A DNA stretch of 64,000 nt from Anthoceros angustus. Its lineage: Eukaryota > Plantae > Anthocerotophyta. The notes beneath the pieces are model-generated. The model saw nothing but the letters and a program-made list of their open reading frames with translations. It was not told where the DNA came from and searched no databases. The position numbers and the translations under genes are program-made. Positions 48,240 to 60,719 of this stretch are shown piece after piece (positions within the stretch are counted from its first letter, which is position 1; the number at the start of each line of letters is the position of its first letter). The DNA lies in contig MU008199.1 in assembly GCA_010909165.1 (NCBI GenBank), forward strand, positions 1 through 64,000. The letters run 5' to 3'.

Positions 48240-48780
48240 GACATGGTTTCCTGTCGGATTGATTTCTGACTCTTGCTCAGGACCTCCAAATGTTTCCGGA
48301 AAAACAAAAAACTGTTGTGCAAGAATTTTGGTTGTTTTGAGCACTTCCTCGTAGAGCCCCTTGCTAGCCTTGACAGACTGATCTTTCTGTTGCTTGGTTG
48401 CCCTGAGAAGTTGCTCCTGAGTCACTCTGAAGCTTTGCTCTGATACACACTAAGAATCTACCTGCCTGCTATCCACAACAGCGCACATACATGATTAGGG
48501 ACCATGGATCACCTAGTTGATGAGGTCTGCTGGGCGGGCCTTCAAAGCAAGCAACACAAAGGTGCAAGCCCTACTGAGTTTGGTCACGCACAAATTTGTG
48601 AGCTCCTAAACGTTCCAAACACATTCCTCAGAGCCCTCTTTTGGACACGTCTGATGAAATGTTGTGCCTCTGAAAAACTGCTTTCATTCTGTTGGCTGGA
48701 AGGATTGACCTAAACACTGGGAAAAACTCATTCCACTAGGAAGTGCATGTCTTCAATCTTCACCCCGATCCGCCCTAACT

Positions 48781-48830
48781 GGTCTGTCCGCCGGAGTGGT
48801 CCGCCGGAGTGGTCCGCCGGAGTGGTCCAC
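48781..48830. repeat. 13 bp tandem repeat GGTCCGCCGGAGT, about 3 copies
   Basis: Directly visible upstream of SET-C. Confidence 0.8.
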
Positions 48831-49012
48831 CGTGGCCCTCCTCAGTTGCAACTTCTGCTGATTCGAGAGGTAGGTTGAGCGTCCACGAGTGGAGCCGCCA
48901 TTGTGACTTGAAATTCTCACGGTTGCTTTTGTAGTCTGCGGTTGGAACATCATCGCTTGGTGCACTGTTTTGCTTAGGGGCAGGACCAGCTCAGATTGCA
49001 TAGGGCAGCACT

Positions 49013-50482
49013 GTGTGGAAGGGCACGGAAGGGTTCGCTGTCCTTAAAATGATGCTGGGTACTGGGCGGTGGCTGCTTCAACAGAATTGGTACCCAGTCT
49101 CCGTGGTGAAAAGCGGCCGAAACTTCTACTTCACGTGCTCTCGTCCAAGGAAGGTATCTACCTTCGCAATGTGTTCACTTTCCCAGGTTCGCCCGAACGT
49201 GGACCCTGTAAGCTCAACTGCAGAGTCTGAGAATTCTCTTGCAGCTTTCAACCTAGATGAATATTTTGTGAAGGGCTGCGTTGGACCTGCTCCACAGTGC
49301 CCTGACTATGTGGGGCCTGTAGAAATTAAGATGACCGGTGGAGTTGTTTCAGTTGGTCGTGGATTGTTCGTCACCAGGGATGTGAGGGAAGGTGACTTGC
49401 TAGTGGTAGGCCAAGCTCTGGCTATGGCTCACCGTGGGGATTCCGAGGAACAGCAGAAAGCCAGCAAGCAGGAAATAGCACGCCAGCTTATGGAGATGGC
49501 CGTCAGTAGCCCCTGGAAAATGAGACAGGTTTATTCTCTATCTGATGGTCACGGTGATCATGAACGTGAGGTCCCCTCGCTGGACTTGGTCGCACCTGCT
49601 CCTCCGCAAGGGCTGTCTCTGGGAGCCCAACCTGTGGATTTTGTTCGGATCTGTCGTATCGTACAAGCTAATGTGTTTCATGTGCAAAATCCAAGCTGGA
49701 GAACGTGCTGGAGTCGAGGGGACGCCCCGTCGAGCGTTCTAGGGATATTTTTGCTTCCCTCTTTCATTAACCATTCCTGCGCACCTAATGCTTCGTGGAA
49801 GGTTTTGGGTAAAGCTATGTTCATACAGGCTTGCCGTGATATAAAATCTGGAGAACAGGTCACCATTTCGTACATGGACACGTTTCAGCCAGAGCAACAG
49901 AGGGGAGATATATGTAGATCGAGGGGTTTCACCTGCCATTGTCCCAGATGTACATTAGAGAGGACTGTGGAGTCGCAATCGTCTAGTGCCTATGATCTGA
50001 AATATCAATTTGGGGTGTACCTTCAATCACTATCTACACTGCAGACTGGACCAGCGAATGCTCAAGGGCAGGCAAGGAGACGTTTAGCTGAAGTGAGTGC
50101 AAAGATGTGTGAGAGTGTGGAACGGGTTGTTCAGTTGCCCGAGCTAAAGTTAGATTGGGAAACTCGGAACTGGCTGCGGGCTTCCTATTGCAAACTGTAT
50201 GTGATGCAGCTGTTCAACACTTTTGAGACGAGGAACAATGCGCTAGCTGCTAAATCTCTTGACACTGTACTCGAGATGGTGCTTGCTTCTCATCCTGGTG
50301 TGGAAATAGGTCTGCAACTGTCATGTGTCCCGTGGCTTATGAAGAACACGAACTTCCCGGAACACAAGATCAAAGAGTGGCACGACTTGTCTCTCCTGTT
50401 TGTGAAATGTATCTATGGAGATCTGAAGTCATCAACCAAAGAAGCTATCGTCAAGGCTTACAAGGCATCTGCTAGCTTTTAG
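49013..50482 (+). CDS. SET-C: SMYD-type SET protein lacking N-domain and TPR (first ATG ~49049; possible transit peptide)
   Basis: CPDYVGPVEI, GRGLFVTRDV, IFLLPSFINHSCAPN, DIKSGEQVTISY, CHCPRC, NWLRASY; single uninterrupted ORF. Confidence 0.9.
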   Translation: MWKGTEGFAVLKMMLGTGRWLLQQNWYPVSVVKSGRNFYFTCSRPRKVSTFAMCSLSQVRPNVDPVSSTAESENSLAAFNLDEYFVKGCVGPAPQCPDYVGPVEIKMTGGVVSVGRGLFVTRDVREGDLLVVGQALAMAHRGDSEEQQKASKQEIARQLMEMAVSSPWKMRQVYSLSDGHGDHEREVPSLDLVAPAPPQGLSLGAQPVDFVRICRIVQANVFHVQNPSWRTCWSRGDAPSSVLGIFLLPSFINHSCAPNASWKVLGKAMFIQACRDIKSGEQVTISYMDTFQPEQQRGDICRSRGFTCHCPRCTLERTVESQSSSAYDLKYQFGVYLQSLSTLQTGPANAQGQARRRLAEVSAKMCESVERVVQLPELKLDWETRNWLRASYCKLYVMQLFNTFETRNNALAAKSLDTVLEMVLASHPGVEIGLQLSCVPWLMKNTNFPEHKIKEWHDLSLLFVKCIYGDLKSSTKEAIVKAYKASASF

Positions 50483-51369
50483 GAAAAGCCAAGGGTGAAG
50501 CTGGTTCGAACTTGTGTCTCTACTGTAATCCAAGGAGCTTTCGAAGAAGCTTGCGGCCTGTTGATGTGGGCACGGTGTTGCCCTTCAACCTGGAGTTTCC
50601 CTCTTGTGCTCAATATCATCTGATCGGTGGAATTCTCTTGTTGGCCTGGGAGAAAGCTTGTAATTAAAATGTGAAGAGTGGACACCAGAGGGAACTCCGG
50701 ACTTTGTTTCTTGTTTTAGCTGATTTGTTTTCATGGACATCTTATGCCCTAGCACGGTGATCGCATATTGTGACATCCGCTAGTGGCTCAGCTCTAGCAA
50801 AGCGATGACAGGTGTTTGAAGGACATGCGTCTACGGATATTAATGTTAACCTGGCTCTATCGATTTCCAGCCAGGCCTGCTTCTGTGAGAGGTGAACGAA
50901 ATTGTCTGAGTGTTATCTTCAGCTTCTTCTTTTTAATAAGCAACTTTTTTCCAGGAGGGTGGTCTTCTTTACTGATGGACTGCCGCCACCATCTGGTGGT
51001 AGCTCATTCTGATGGGAGTCCTTGCCGAAGTCTTTTCAGTGGGTGAGGTGGAGTGCTGCCTTTCTAGGGTTGGCCAGGCTCAGTCCAGGAGTCTGCGGGA
51101 TAGCTGTACGCTGGATCCTCCTACTGGCTCTTATGAGGTCATCAGCGATCACATGGTGGTATTCCCTTTCCCTTTTCTAGTTGAGGTGAGAGACGTGGAT
51201 GGCTGTTCCCATTGCAGAAGAGTGTAGCCTTCAAATAAATATCTGCTCCCTGAGTCTAAGGTGGGCAGCCTCTTTAGATACACGCAACCCTTTGGGCAGG
51301 AGCCGCAGTTGAATAACGTCCATGGACTGCTCCATGTATAGAGCTAGAATCCACAAAGATCCAAGCTTG

Positions 51370-53830
51370 TCAAAAGGTCGGCACTTCCTCGTAGTAACCT
51401 TCAAGCAGTTTCCTATAGTACTCAGGCTCCCTGCCTTGCCCGTACCGGCGCTCGCAGACTTTGAGAGCAGTGTCCAGAATCTCCTGTAACGGATTAAAAA
51501 TTCCATTCCGGTCGCATATCTGGAAGTTGTTCCCGAAGTAGTCTCCCCACAGACACTGAGCAAGAACGGAGAGTGCCAGCTCGGAGCCTGGATCAGTCTG
51601 GAGCATCGCTCCCAGCACTGCGCTAATCGGGAAAATGCTAAGAGCCTCTCCACGCTCAAACCCAGGAGACAGCGAGTGATGGCATGCAGCCAGGTAGGAA
51701 TACAAGAACGATGATCTAAGCCAGGACTTCTCAACTTCGCCCAGGCGAAGCAGCTCTCCATCCAGCAATTTTTGAAGTCGGTAGGATGCAGTCACAAGGT
51801 CGTCTGAATAGCAACCCACACCCACTAACATCCGAGGCCCTGTGGACTGCATCCTCTTCATCAGCACGTAGGTGTAAGTCCTGCTCAGCTGCCGGAAGGC
51901 GGGATAATCCCTAACAATCTTTGCCTCAAACACACAGCGGGCACAAGCACACTCACTACTCCAGGACATCTCATTGCACAATCTCCTGCGCTCGGCCAGG
52001 GGCATGAATATGTCGCAGCACGGGATTGACAGAACCTCATCAGCTTCGATGTCCTTGGAGGCGCGAACCACCACCACATTGTTGTTGTCCTCCAGTACGT
52101 AGCAGCAGTTTGGAGCGCAAGAGTGCGTCATGTAAGAAGGGTAACGCCAGCATCCCGCACCCCAGAATGGTGCAGAGCTGACATACGGGCTGGGGTCTGG
52201 CGCGTCGTAAATGGCCTCCTCCCATTCTCGTAGCACCGTCCGTACATACTGCATGTGGAAGTTCCGAATGAAGAGCAATTTCTGCTCCGGATTGGCTCTA
52301 AAGAAGGCGGCACCCACGTTACCGAGCTGGTACATTCCAGGGAATTTGTCTGAATCCTGGAAGATTGCAGGCGGGGCCTGCAGATGTGTCTGTAGTTGCT
52401 GTTCCAATTCTTGGCACAAGCTCTTGTGAGCTTCTATGCTGCTGTCGTCTGCCAGCTCTGGATTGAAATTGGAAAGATTGTAGGTGTGTGCTGTCGCAGG
52501 GCTGTTCACCATACGTGTCCCTTCTTTCACAGGTATTTGCGCCATGTACTTTCTGTACTTCTTGAAGGTGCTGTCAGGGGCGTCCGTTACCTTTAGCCAT
52601 GGGAACTCATAATCCTCCACGCCAGGCACATAGTCCATTGCAGGTTGAGTGAAAATCCGCAACATATCTGAACTGTATGCAGGCGAGGCAAAGAGCTCCT
52701 CAACATCCTCTCGAGTCCCGGCATTAAAATAAATCACTGCCCCCGCCACACCGACCTTGATGGATTCCCTCACGCTTACCAGCGTATCCAGACTGCGGTC
52801 TGTCTGCTTCATTAACTGCTGGTAATACTTCATCTTGTTTGACGCGCATATGTCCATCTGCTGCGCATGCCTGAAGAGGAAATCTGAAAATCGTTGATGG
52901 AAGCTGTGAATGACTAGAAATGTGCATGGCCAACAGACATCCGCGGACTCGGCAGGAGACTTAAAACTGTCCTCCAGCAAATGTAGGAAAAAGTGCATCG
53001 CAACATTCACGAAGTTTCTTCCATCCCTTATTGCTTCTATAAGGCTTTCATCCGCCACATCGCGGGTCCTAGCCATGCATTGCAGACTGCAAACGTACTC
53101 AACCGCATCCGAATAGGGGAATTCCCCATAAAGATCGTTGCACACATCACACTTGCGGTCTGTGGACGCCGCCACCCGTTGATTACTCCTCCATGCAAGA
53201 ATACCAGCAATATGGAGCTTCTTCTCCACAGGCTCAGGATCTGCACCAGGTTGGTCGTCTGGGTAGGGCGGCTGTACATGCCCAGGATCTGCACTGGGTT
53301 GGGGGAGTGAGAGAGGCAGCGGGAATAATACATCATGAATTTCCCGTGGGTCGGCAATCCGTAAGCCCACAGTCCCATCCAAGAACGTAACGTGGAAGGG
53401 GTTCGTGATATCCACCACGCTGCCTTTCTGATAGAGGCCCAGGGTGTGATTAAGAAACGGAGCTATTCTGAGCTGTAGTAGTAGGCCATTAACACCTTCC
53501 AGCAAAGTAACTATGGATGTCAAATAACAAGGCTCCACAACCAACGTCCCACGGATAAATCTCCCGCGGTGACGACAAAACGGAACGAGCTCCCTGCACA
53601 CACAAACATTTCAGAGCTTTTCAACTGCACATGCTACAGCAGAAACCAGTCCCATCACCAGTCACAGGCTAGGGAGCTCACTGGAATTCCATCAGAGCTT
53701 CCGGAGGGAACCAATACGGCGGTAATGCCTCCACAACGGCTTCCCTCTCTTGCAATCCATGATTTGGCACAGACCTAAGCATAAGTTGGCCATGCCGTTC
53801 CAGCATGCGCTCTTTGTATGGCGTTACCAT
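51370..53830 (-). CDS. SET-D: divergent SET-family protein, probable pseudo-enzyme; exons 53830-53682 and 53593-51370
   Basis: N-domain RHRGRFIRG...ITNPFH...RIADPREI; CDVC..x15..CSLQC; YPSYMTHSCAPNC; DIEADEVLSIPCCD (no catalytic Tyr); CACARC; WLRSSF. Phase-2 intron 53594-53681. Confidence 0.85.
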
Positions 53831-55324
53831 GATTTCCTCGAGACTTCGTGGCAAAGATTGCAGATCTATGCAATTACGTATCTCAGATGGCACTCACTAG
53901 GTACAGCCCGCAAGGGTAGAGATAGAGAACCCCCAGGCACGCTTCTCGAGGGTCGCAGTCCCGATGATCTCCATACATAAACAGCGACTGGCTGATGGGC
54001 GCAAACAAACCGCTCATCAGCTCTCACAACCGCAAATCAGGAGCCACCGTACTGTTCTTGCTGCGGGTGCAAAAATGTAGTGGGAGATTCAAATCTGAAT
54101 AAACGGGCATCGGGAGAGGGACATGGATCGGCGGCGACTGTATATGTATAAGCGGGCCCACGAAGGGCTCTGTTGCTGCAGCTGGGCTTGGTGGTGCAGT
54201 CGTTTGACACGGTCCCACGTCTGGCGATGGCGGTTTAAAGTGTTAAACCCTAAATGCTTGGATGAAGGAGTGGCAATTAGAGGCAGAGCGATGTATGCAT
54301 GGATGTTGTCCGGCCCCAGGTTGGTGGCCAGCAGCTGTGCTTTCCGGGATGTCCTCTTGAAAAGTGGCTTGGTGAGCAGTCAGAGTCGGCAGTAATGCTC
54401 GATCTGCCAATGCACGGCAGCTTGGTGGGGAATATTTGTTCCTGCCTTTCCTGCGGTGGTTGGAACTGGGGAGGATCATGGCGTTTGTTGAGGCTGAGAG
54501 CTTTATCGGATGGTTGTGGGTAGATTTTAGAGGGGAAGTACGCTTCGACACAGGCCGATATATCGGGAGATGGAGCAAGTTGGCATAGTTATGAGAATGA
54601 CGGCAGGAGTGTAGGCCTTGTTTGCTCGTGATCTTAGCTTCACGTTGAAGATATGTTCTCTGGCCTCCGTCTGTTACCTTTATCTGTAATAAGGCAAGTG
54701 CTCTGATGATGGAGGTCAGTTTGAGCAGGGTGGGATGGTCGTTTCGGTTCAATGTTGTCACCAACTCACGCTTTGCACGTCTGCGAATACATTTTAGGAT
54801 TGGATTCTGAACGTAGTGTTCGGAAAACATTTGCTATGCAGGACCTTGAAAATGAGGGGACCAGGCTCTTGCCACTGGAAAGTGGTCTTTTTGAGCTACC
54901 AGACAGGTCAGTTTTTCTTTACCTTGAAGGATGGACAGCTCTGCTCTTCTCCGGTGAGTGACCTATCCAGTCTGAAGGATTTACTGGAATCTGTGGGTTG
55001 CAGACGTGAAGTATTATAACACAGGTCTTCTGTTTGCATTCTGTGTCACAAGGGTAGTATGTATACTGAAGGGGAGTTTTTGGTTTCTGTTCAGGGTCTT
55101 CTAAACCTTGTGATGTCTTCTACCATTTCATCCCCCAATGCGTTTTGCCAGCCATGGAATACCACCCGGCGTTCCATTGGGGTTGTGTAAACAAACTCGT
55201 TTAGTATTCTGCACTTTTTTGCTGTGCATGGTTGAAGCCAGCGCAGGGGGCTTCAAATCAGCCGCTGGGGAGGTACGTTTACACCCCATTCATGAAAGAA
55301 AGGTCATCCGTTGGCTGTTTGCCA

Positions 55325-55765
55325 TCCGGAGTTGTTTCACTTGGTCGTGGATTGTTAGACACCAGAGATGTGAATGAAGGTGACTTGCTAGTAGTTGTTC
55401 CTCGTCTCAAAGTGTTGAACAGTCGCATCACATATGGTTTGCTGTAGGAAGCCCGCAGCCAGTTATAAGTTTCCCAATCTAACTTTAGCTTAGCAGACTG
55501 AACAGGCCGTTCCAGACTCTCACACATCATTGCACTCACTTCAGCTAAACGGACTGCAGGCACACCCCAAACTGATACCTCAGATCATAAGCACTAAGAC
55601 GATTGTGACTCCACGGTCCTCACTAACCTACATCTGGACAAGGGCAGGTGAAACCCCTCGATATACACGTATCTTCCCTCTCGTTGAAACGTGTCCATGT
55701 ACGAAAATGGTGACCTGTTCTCCAGATTTTATATCAGGGCAAGCCTGTATGAACATAGTTATGTT
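55325..55765. pseudogene. Rearranged pseudogene copy of SET-C (short forward piece plus inverted 3' piece)
   Basis: 55328-55392 matches ~49340-49403 forward; 55395-55760 is the reverse complement of ~49810-50238 (LKLDWETYNWLRASY on the minus strand). Confidence 0.85.
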
Positions 55766-56261
55766 CAACAACTTCTTTTTAATAAGCACTTTTTTCCAGG
55801 AAGGAGGTCATTTTTACTGATAGACTGCCGCCATCTGGTGGCTGCTCTTCTGATTGGAGTCTTTGCCAAAGTCTTTTCTGTGGGTGAGGTGGAGTGCTGC
55901 GTTTTAGGATTGGCCAGGATCAGTCCAGGAGGCTGCGGGATAGCTGTATGCTGGATCATGCTACAGGCTTCTATGAGGTCATCAGCGATCACATGGTGGT
56001 ATTCCCTTTCCCTTTTCTAGTTGAACTGTCAGTACAAGTCAGCCCAAGGGCCACACCTCTACAGTTGTGGTGTGCCTTTCTAAACGAAAGCAGGTCTTCC
56101 TCTAAACGAAGAAGCTGCCCACTATCCGTGAGCTGAGACACGCGGATGGCTGTTCCCATTGCAGAAGAGTATACCCTCAAATCAATATCTGCTGCATAAC
56201 CTCCATTGACTGCTACATGCATGTAGCAGAAAGCCACAAAGGTCCAACCTGGCGTTGCTTG

Positions 56262-58784
56262 TCAAAAGGGCGACAGTTCGTCGTAGTAATATTCAAGTAC
56301 ATGCCGGTAGTCCTCAGGCTTGCTGCCTTGCCCGTACCGGCGCTCGCAGACTTTGAGAGCAGTGTCCAGAACATCCTGTAACGGATTAAAAATCCCATTG
56401 CGGTCGCATACCTGGAAGTTGTTCCCGAAGTAGTCTCCCCACAGACAATGAGCAATAACGGAGAGTGCCAGCTCGGAGCCTGGATCAGTCTGGAGCATCG
56501 TTCCCAGCACGGCCCCAATCGGGAAAATGCTATCAGCTTCTCCGCACTCAAACAAACCAGACTCCCAGTGATGGCATGCAGCCAAGTAGGAATACAAGAA
56601 CGATGATCTAAGCCAGGACTTCTGAAGTTCGCCCAGGCGAAGCAGCTCTCCATCCAGCAATTTTTCCAGAGTGTAGGATGCAATTACAAGGTCGTCTGAA
56701 TAGTTTTCCTGAGGCACAAACGTCGCAGGCCCTGTGGACTGCATCCTCTTCATAAGCACGTGAGTGTAAGTCCTGCTCAGATGCCGGAAGGTGGGGTAAT
56801 CCCTAACAATCTCTGCCTCAAACACACAGCGGGCACAAGCACACTCACTACTCCAGGACATCTCATTGCACAATCTCCTGCGCTCTGCCAGGGGCATGAA
56901 TATGTCGCAGCACGGGATTGACAGAACCTCATCAGCTTCGATGTCCTTGGAGGCGCGAACCACCACCACCTTGCTGTTGTTATTCAGTACGTAGCAGCAG
57001 TTTGGAGCGCAAGAGTGCGTCAAGTAAGAAGGGTAACGCCAGCATCCCGCAGCCCAGAATGGTGGAGAGCTGGCATACGGGCTGGGCTCTGGCGCGTCGG
57101 AAACGGCCGTCTGCCATTCTCGTAGCAGCGTCCGCACATACTGCATGCGGAAGTTCCGAATGAAGAGCAATTTCTGCTCCGGATTGGCTCCAAAGTAGGC
57201 GGCACCCACGTTACCGAGCTGATACATTCCAGCGAATCTGTATGCATCCTGGAAGATCGCATGAGGGGACTGCAGATGTGTCTGTAGTTGCTGCTCCAAT
57301 TCTTGACACAAGCTCTTGTGAGCTTCTATGCTGCTGTCGTCTGCCCGCTCTGGATTGAAATTGGAAAGATTGTAGGTGTGTGCTGTCGCAGGGCTGTTCA
57401 CCATACGTGTCCCTTCTTTCACAGGTATTTGCGCCATGTACTTTCTGTACTTCTTGAAGGTGCTGTCAGGGGCGTCCGTTACCTTTAGCCATGGGAACTC
57501 ATAATCCTCCACGCCAGGCACATAGTCCATTGCAGGTTGAGTGAAAATCCGCAACATATCTGAACTGTATGCAGGTGAGGCAAAGAGCTCCTCAACATCC
57601 TCTCGAGTCCCGGCATTAAAATAAATCACTGCCCCCGCCACACCGACCTTGATGGATTCCCTCACGCTTACCAGCGTCTCCAGACTGCGGTCTGTCTGCT
57701 TTATTAACTGCTGGTAATACTTCATCTTGTTTGACGCGCATATGTCCATCTGCTGCGCATGCCTGAAGAGGAAATCTGAAAATCGTTGATGGAAGCTGTG
57801 AATGACTAGAAATGTGCATGGCCAACAGACATCCGTGGAATCGGCAGGAGATTTAAAACTGTCCTCCAGCAAATGCAGGACAAAGTGCATCGCAACATTC
57901 ACGAAGTTTCTTCCATCCCTCATGGCTTCTATAAGGCTTTCATGCGCCACTTCGCGGATCCTAGCCATGCATTGCAGACTGCAAACGTACTCAACCGCAT
58001 CCGAATAGGGGAATTCCCCATAAAGATTGTTGCACACATCACACTTGCGGTCTGTGGATGCCGCCACCCGTTGATTACTCCTCCATGCAAGAATACCAGC
58101 AATATGGAGCTTCTCCTCCACAGGCTCAGGATCTGCACCAGGTTGGTCGTCTGGGTAGGGCGGCTGTACATGCCCAGGATCTGCACTGGGTTGAGGGAGT
58201 GAGAGAGGCAGCGGGAATAATGTATGACGAATTTCCCGTGGGTCGGCAATCCGTAAGCCCACAGTTCCATCCAAGAACCGCACATAGAAGGGGTTCGTGA
58301 TAAACACCTTGCTGCCTTTCTGATAGAGGCTCATGTCATGATTAGGAAATGAAGCTATTCTCAGCTGTAGTAGTATCCCATCAGTATCTTCCAGCAAAGT
58401 AAATATGGATGTCACATAGCAAGGCTCCACAACCAGCGTCCCACGGAAGTATTTCCCGCGGTGAAGAAAAATCGGAAAAACTAGCAAGTCTCTGCAACAC
58501 ACAGCGAACAGTTCAGAGCTTTTCAACAGCACATGCTACAGAAAAACCCAGTCCACCACCAGCCACAGGGGAAGAGCTCACAGGAATTTTAGCTCAGCTG
58601 CGTGAGGGAACAGATCCTGCGGTGTTGCCTGCACAATGGCTTTCCTCTTCAGCAATCCATGATTTGGCACCGACCTAAGCATAAGTTGGCGATGCCGTTC
58701 CAGCATGCTCTCTCTGTAATCCGGATCCAAATACCAGGGAAGTGGTGGAAATGGCCTCCAGGACTGGCTCTCTCCATCCATCAT
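56262..58784 (-). CDS. SET-E: tandem paralogue of SET-D; exons 58784-58582 and 58491-56262
   Basis: Collinear and highly similar to SET-D; YPSYLTHSCAPNC, EVLSIPCCD; phase-2 intron 58492-58581. Confidence 0.85.
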
Positions 58785-59709
58785 TTCCTCGAGACTTTGT
58801 GGCAAAGATTGCAGATCTATACAAATACGGATCTCAGATTGCACTCACCAGGTGCAGCCCGTAAGGGTGAAGTTAGAGAACCCCCAGGCAGGCTTCTCGA
58901 AGGTCGCAGTCCCGATGATCTCCATACATAAACAGCGACTGGCTGGTGGGCGCAAACACACTGCTCATCAACTCTGACAACCGCAAATCGGGAGCCACCG
59001 TACTGTTCTTGCTGCGGGTGCAAAAAAGCAGTGGGAGATTCAAATCTGAATAAACGGGCATCGGGAGAGGGACATGGATCGGCGGCGACTGTATATGTAT
59101 AAGCGGGCCCACGGAGGGCTCTGTTCCTGCAGCTCAGCTTGGTGAAACAGTCGTTGGACACGGTCCCACGTCTGGCGATGGCGGTTTAACGTTTGAAACC
59201 CTAAATGCTTGGATGAATCATTGGCCATTACCGGCAGAGCGATCTATGTATGGATGTTGTCCGGCCCCACCTTGGTGGCCAGCAGCTGCGCTTTCCGGGA
59301 TGTCCTTTCTCTGCGGTGGTTGGAATTGGGGAGGATCATGGCGTTTGTTGAGGCTGGGAGTTTATCGGATGGTTGTGGGTAAATTTTAGAGGGGATGTAC
59401 GCTTCGACAGGCAGATATATCGGGAGATGGAGCAAGTTGGCATAGTTCTGTGAATGACAGCAGGAGTGTAGGCCTTGCTTGCTGGTGATCTTAGTTTCAC
59501 GTTGAAGATGCATTCTCCGGCCTTTGTCTGTTACCTTTATCTGTAATAAGGCAAGTGCTCTGATGATGGAGGTGAGTTTGAGCAGGGTGGGATGGTCGTT
59601 TCGGTTCAATGTTGTCAACAACTCACGGTTTGCATGTCTGTGAATACATTTTAGGATTGGATTCTGGTAGTTTTCGAAGAACATTTGCTATGCAGGACCT
59701 TGAAAATGA

Positions 59710-60500
59710 AGGGCCACTCTTGCCACTGGAAGGTGGTCTTTTTGAGCTAGCAGACAGGTCAGTGTTTTTTGACCTTGAAGGATGGAGAACAGCTCTGCTC
59801 TTCTCTGGTGAGAGACCTGTCCAGTCTGAAGGATTTACTGGAATCTCCAGGTTGCAGACGTGAAGTATTATAACACAGATCTTCTGTTTGCATTCTGTGT
59901 CACAAGTTTGTTTGAGATAGTTGGGCAGTATGTATACTGAAGGGGAATATTTGGTTTCTGTTCAGGGTCTTCTAAACCTGGACCAGGCTCTTGCCACTGG
60001 AAGGTGGTCTTTTTGAGCTAGCAGACAGGTCAGTTTTTTTTTACCTTGAAGGATGGAGAACAGCTCTTCTCTTCTCTCTGAAGGATTTACTGGAATCTCC
60101 GGGTTGCAGACGTGAAGTATTATAACACAGGTCTTCTGTTTGCATTCTGTGTCACAAGTGTGTGTGAGATAGTTTGGTAGTATATATATCGAAGGGGTGT
60201 TTTTGGTTTCTGTTCAGGGTCTTCTAAACCTGGACCAGGCTCTTGCCACTGGAAGGTGGTCTTTTTGAGCCACCAGACAGGTCAGCTTTTTTTGACCTTG
60301 AAGGATGGAGAACAGCTCTGCTCTTCTCTGGTGAGTGACCTGTCCAGTCTGAAGGATTTACTGGAATCTCCGGGTTGCAGACGTGAAGTATTATAACACA
60401 GGTCTTCTGTTTGCATTCTGTGTCACAAGTGTGTTTGAGATAGTTGGGTAGTATGTATATCGAAGGGGAGTTTTTGGTTTCTGTTCAGGGTCTTCTAAAC
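59710..60500. repeat. ~250 bp unit in three tandem copies
   Basis: CTCTTGCCACTGGAAGGTGGTCTTTTTGAGC...GTTCAGGGTCTTCTAAACCT occurs three times here and once in the first duplication unit (~54860-55110). Confidence 0.9.
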
Positions 60501-60719
60501 CTTGTGATGTCTTCTACCATTTCATCCCCCAATGCGTTTTGCCAGCCATGGAATATACCACCCGGCGTTCTATTGGGGTTGTGTAAACAAACTCGTTTAG
60601 TGTTCTGCACATGTGATGTGCATGGTTGAAGCCAGCGCAGGGGGCTTCAAATCAGCCGCTGGGGAGGTACGCTTACACCCCATTCATGAAAGAAAGGTCA
60701 TCCGTTGGCTGTTTGCCAT

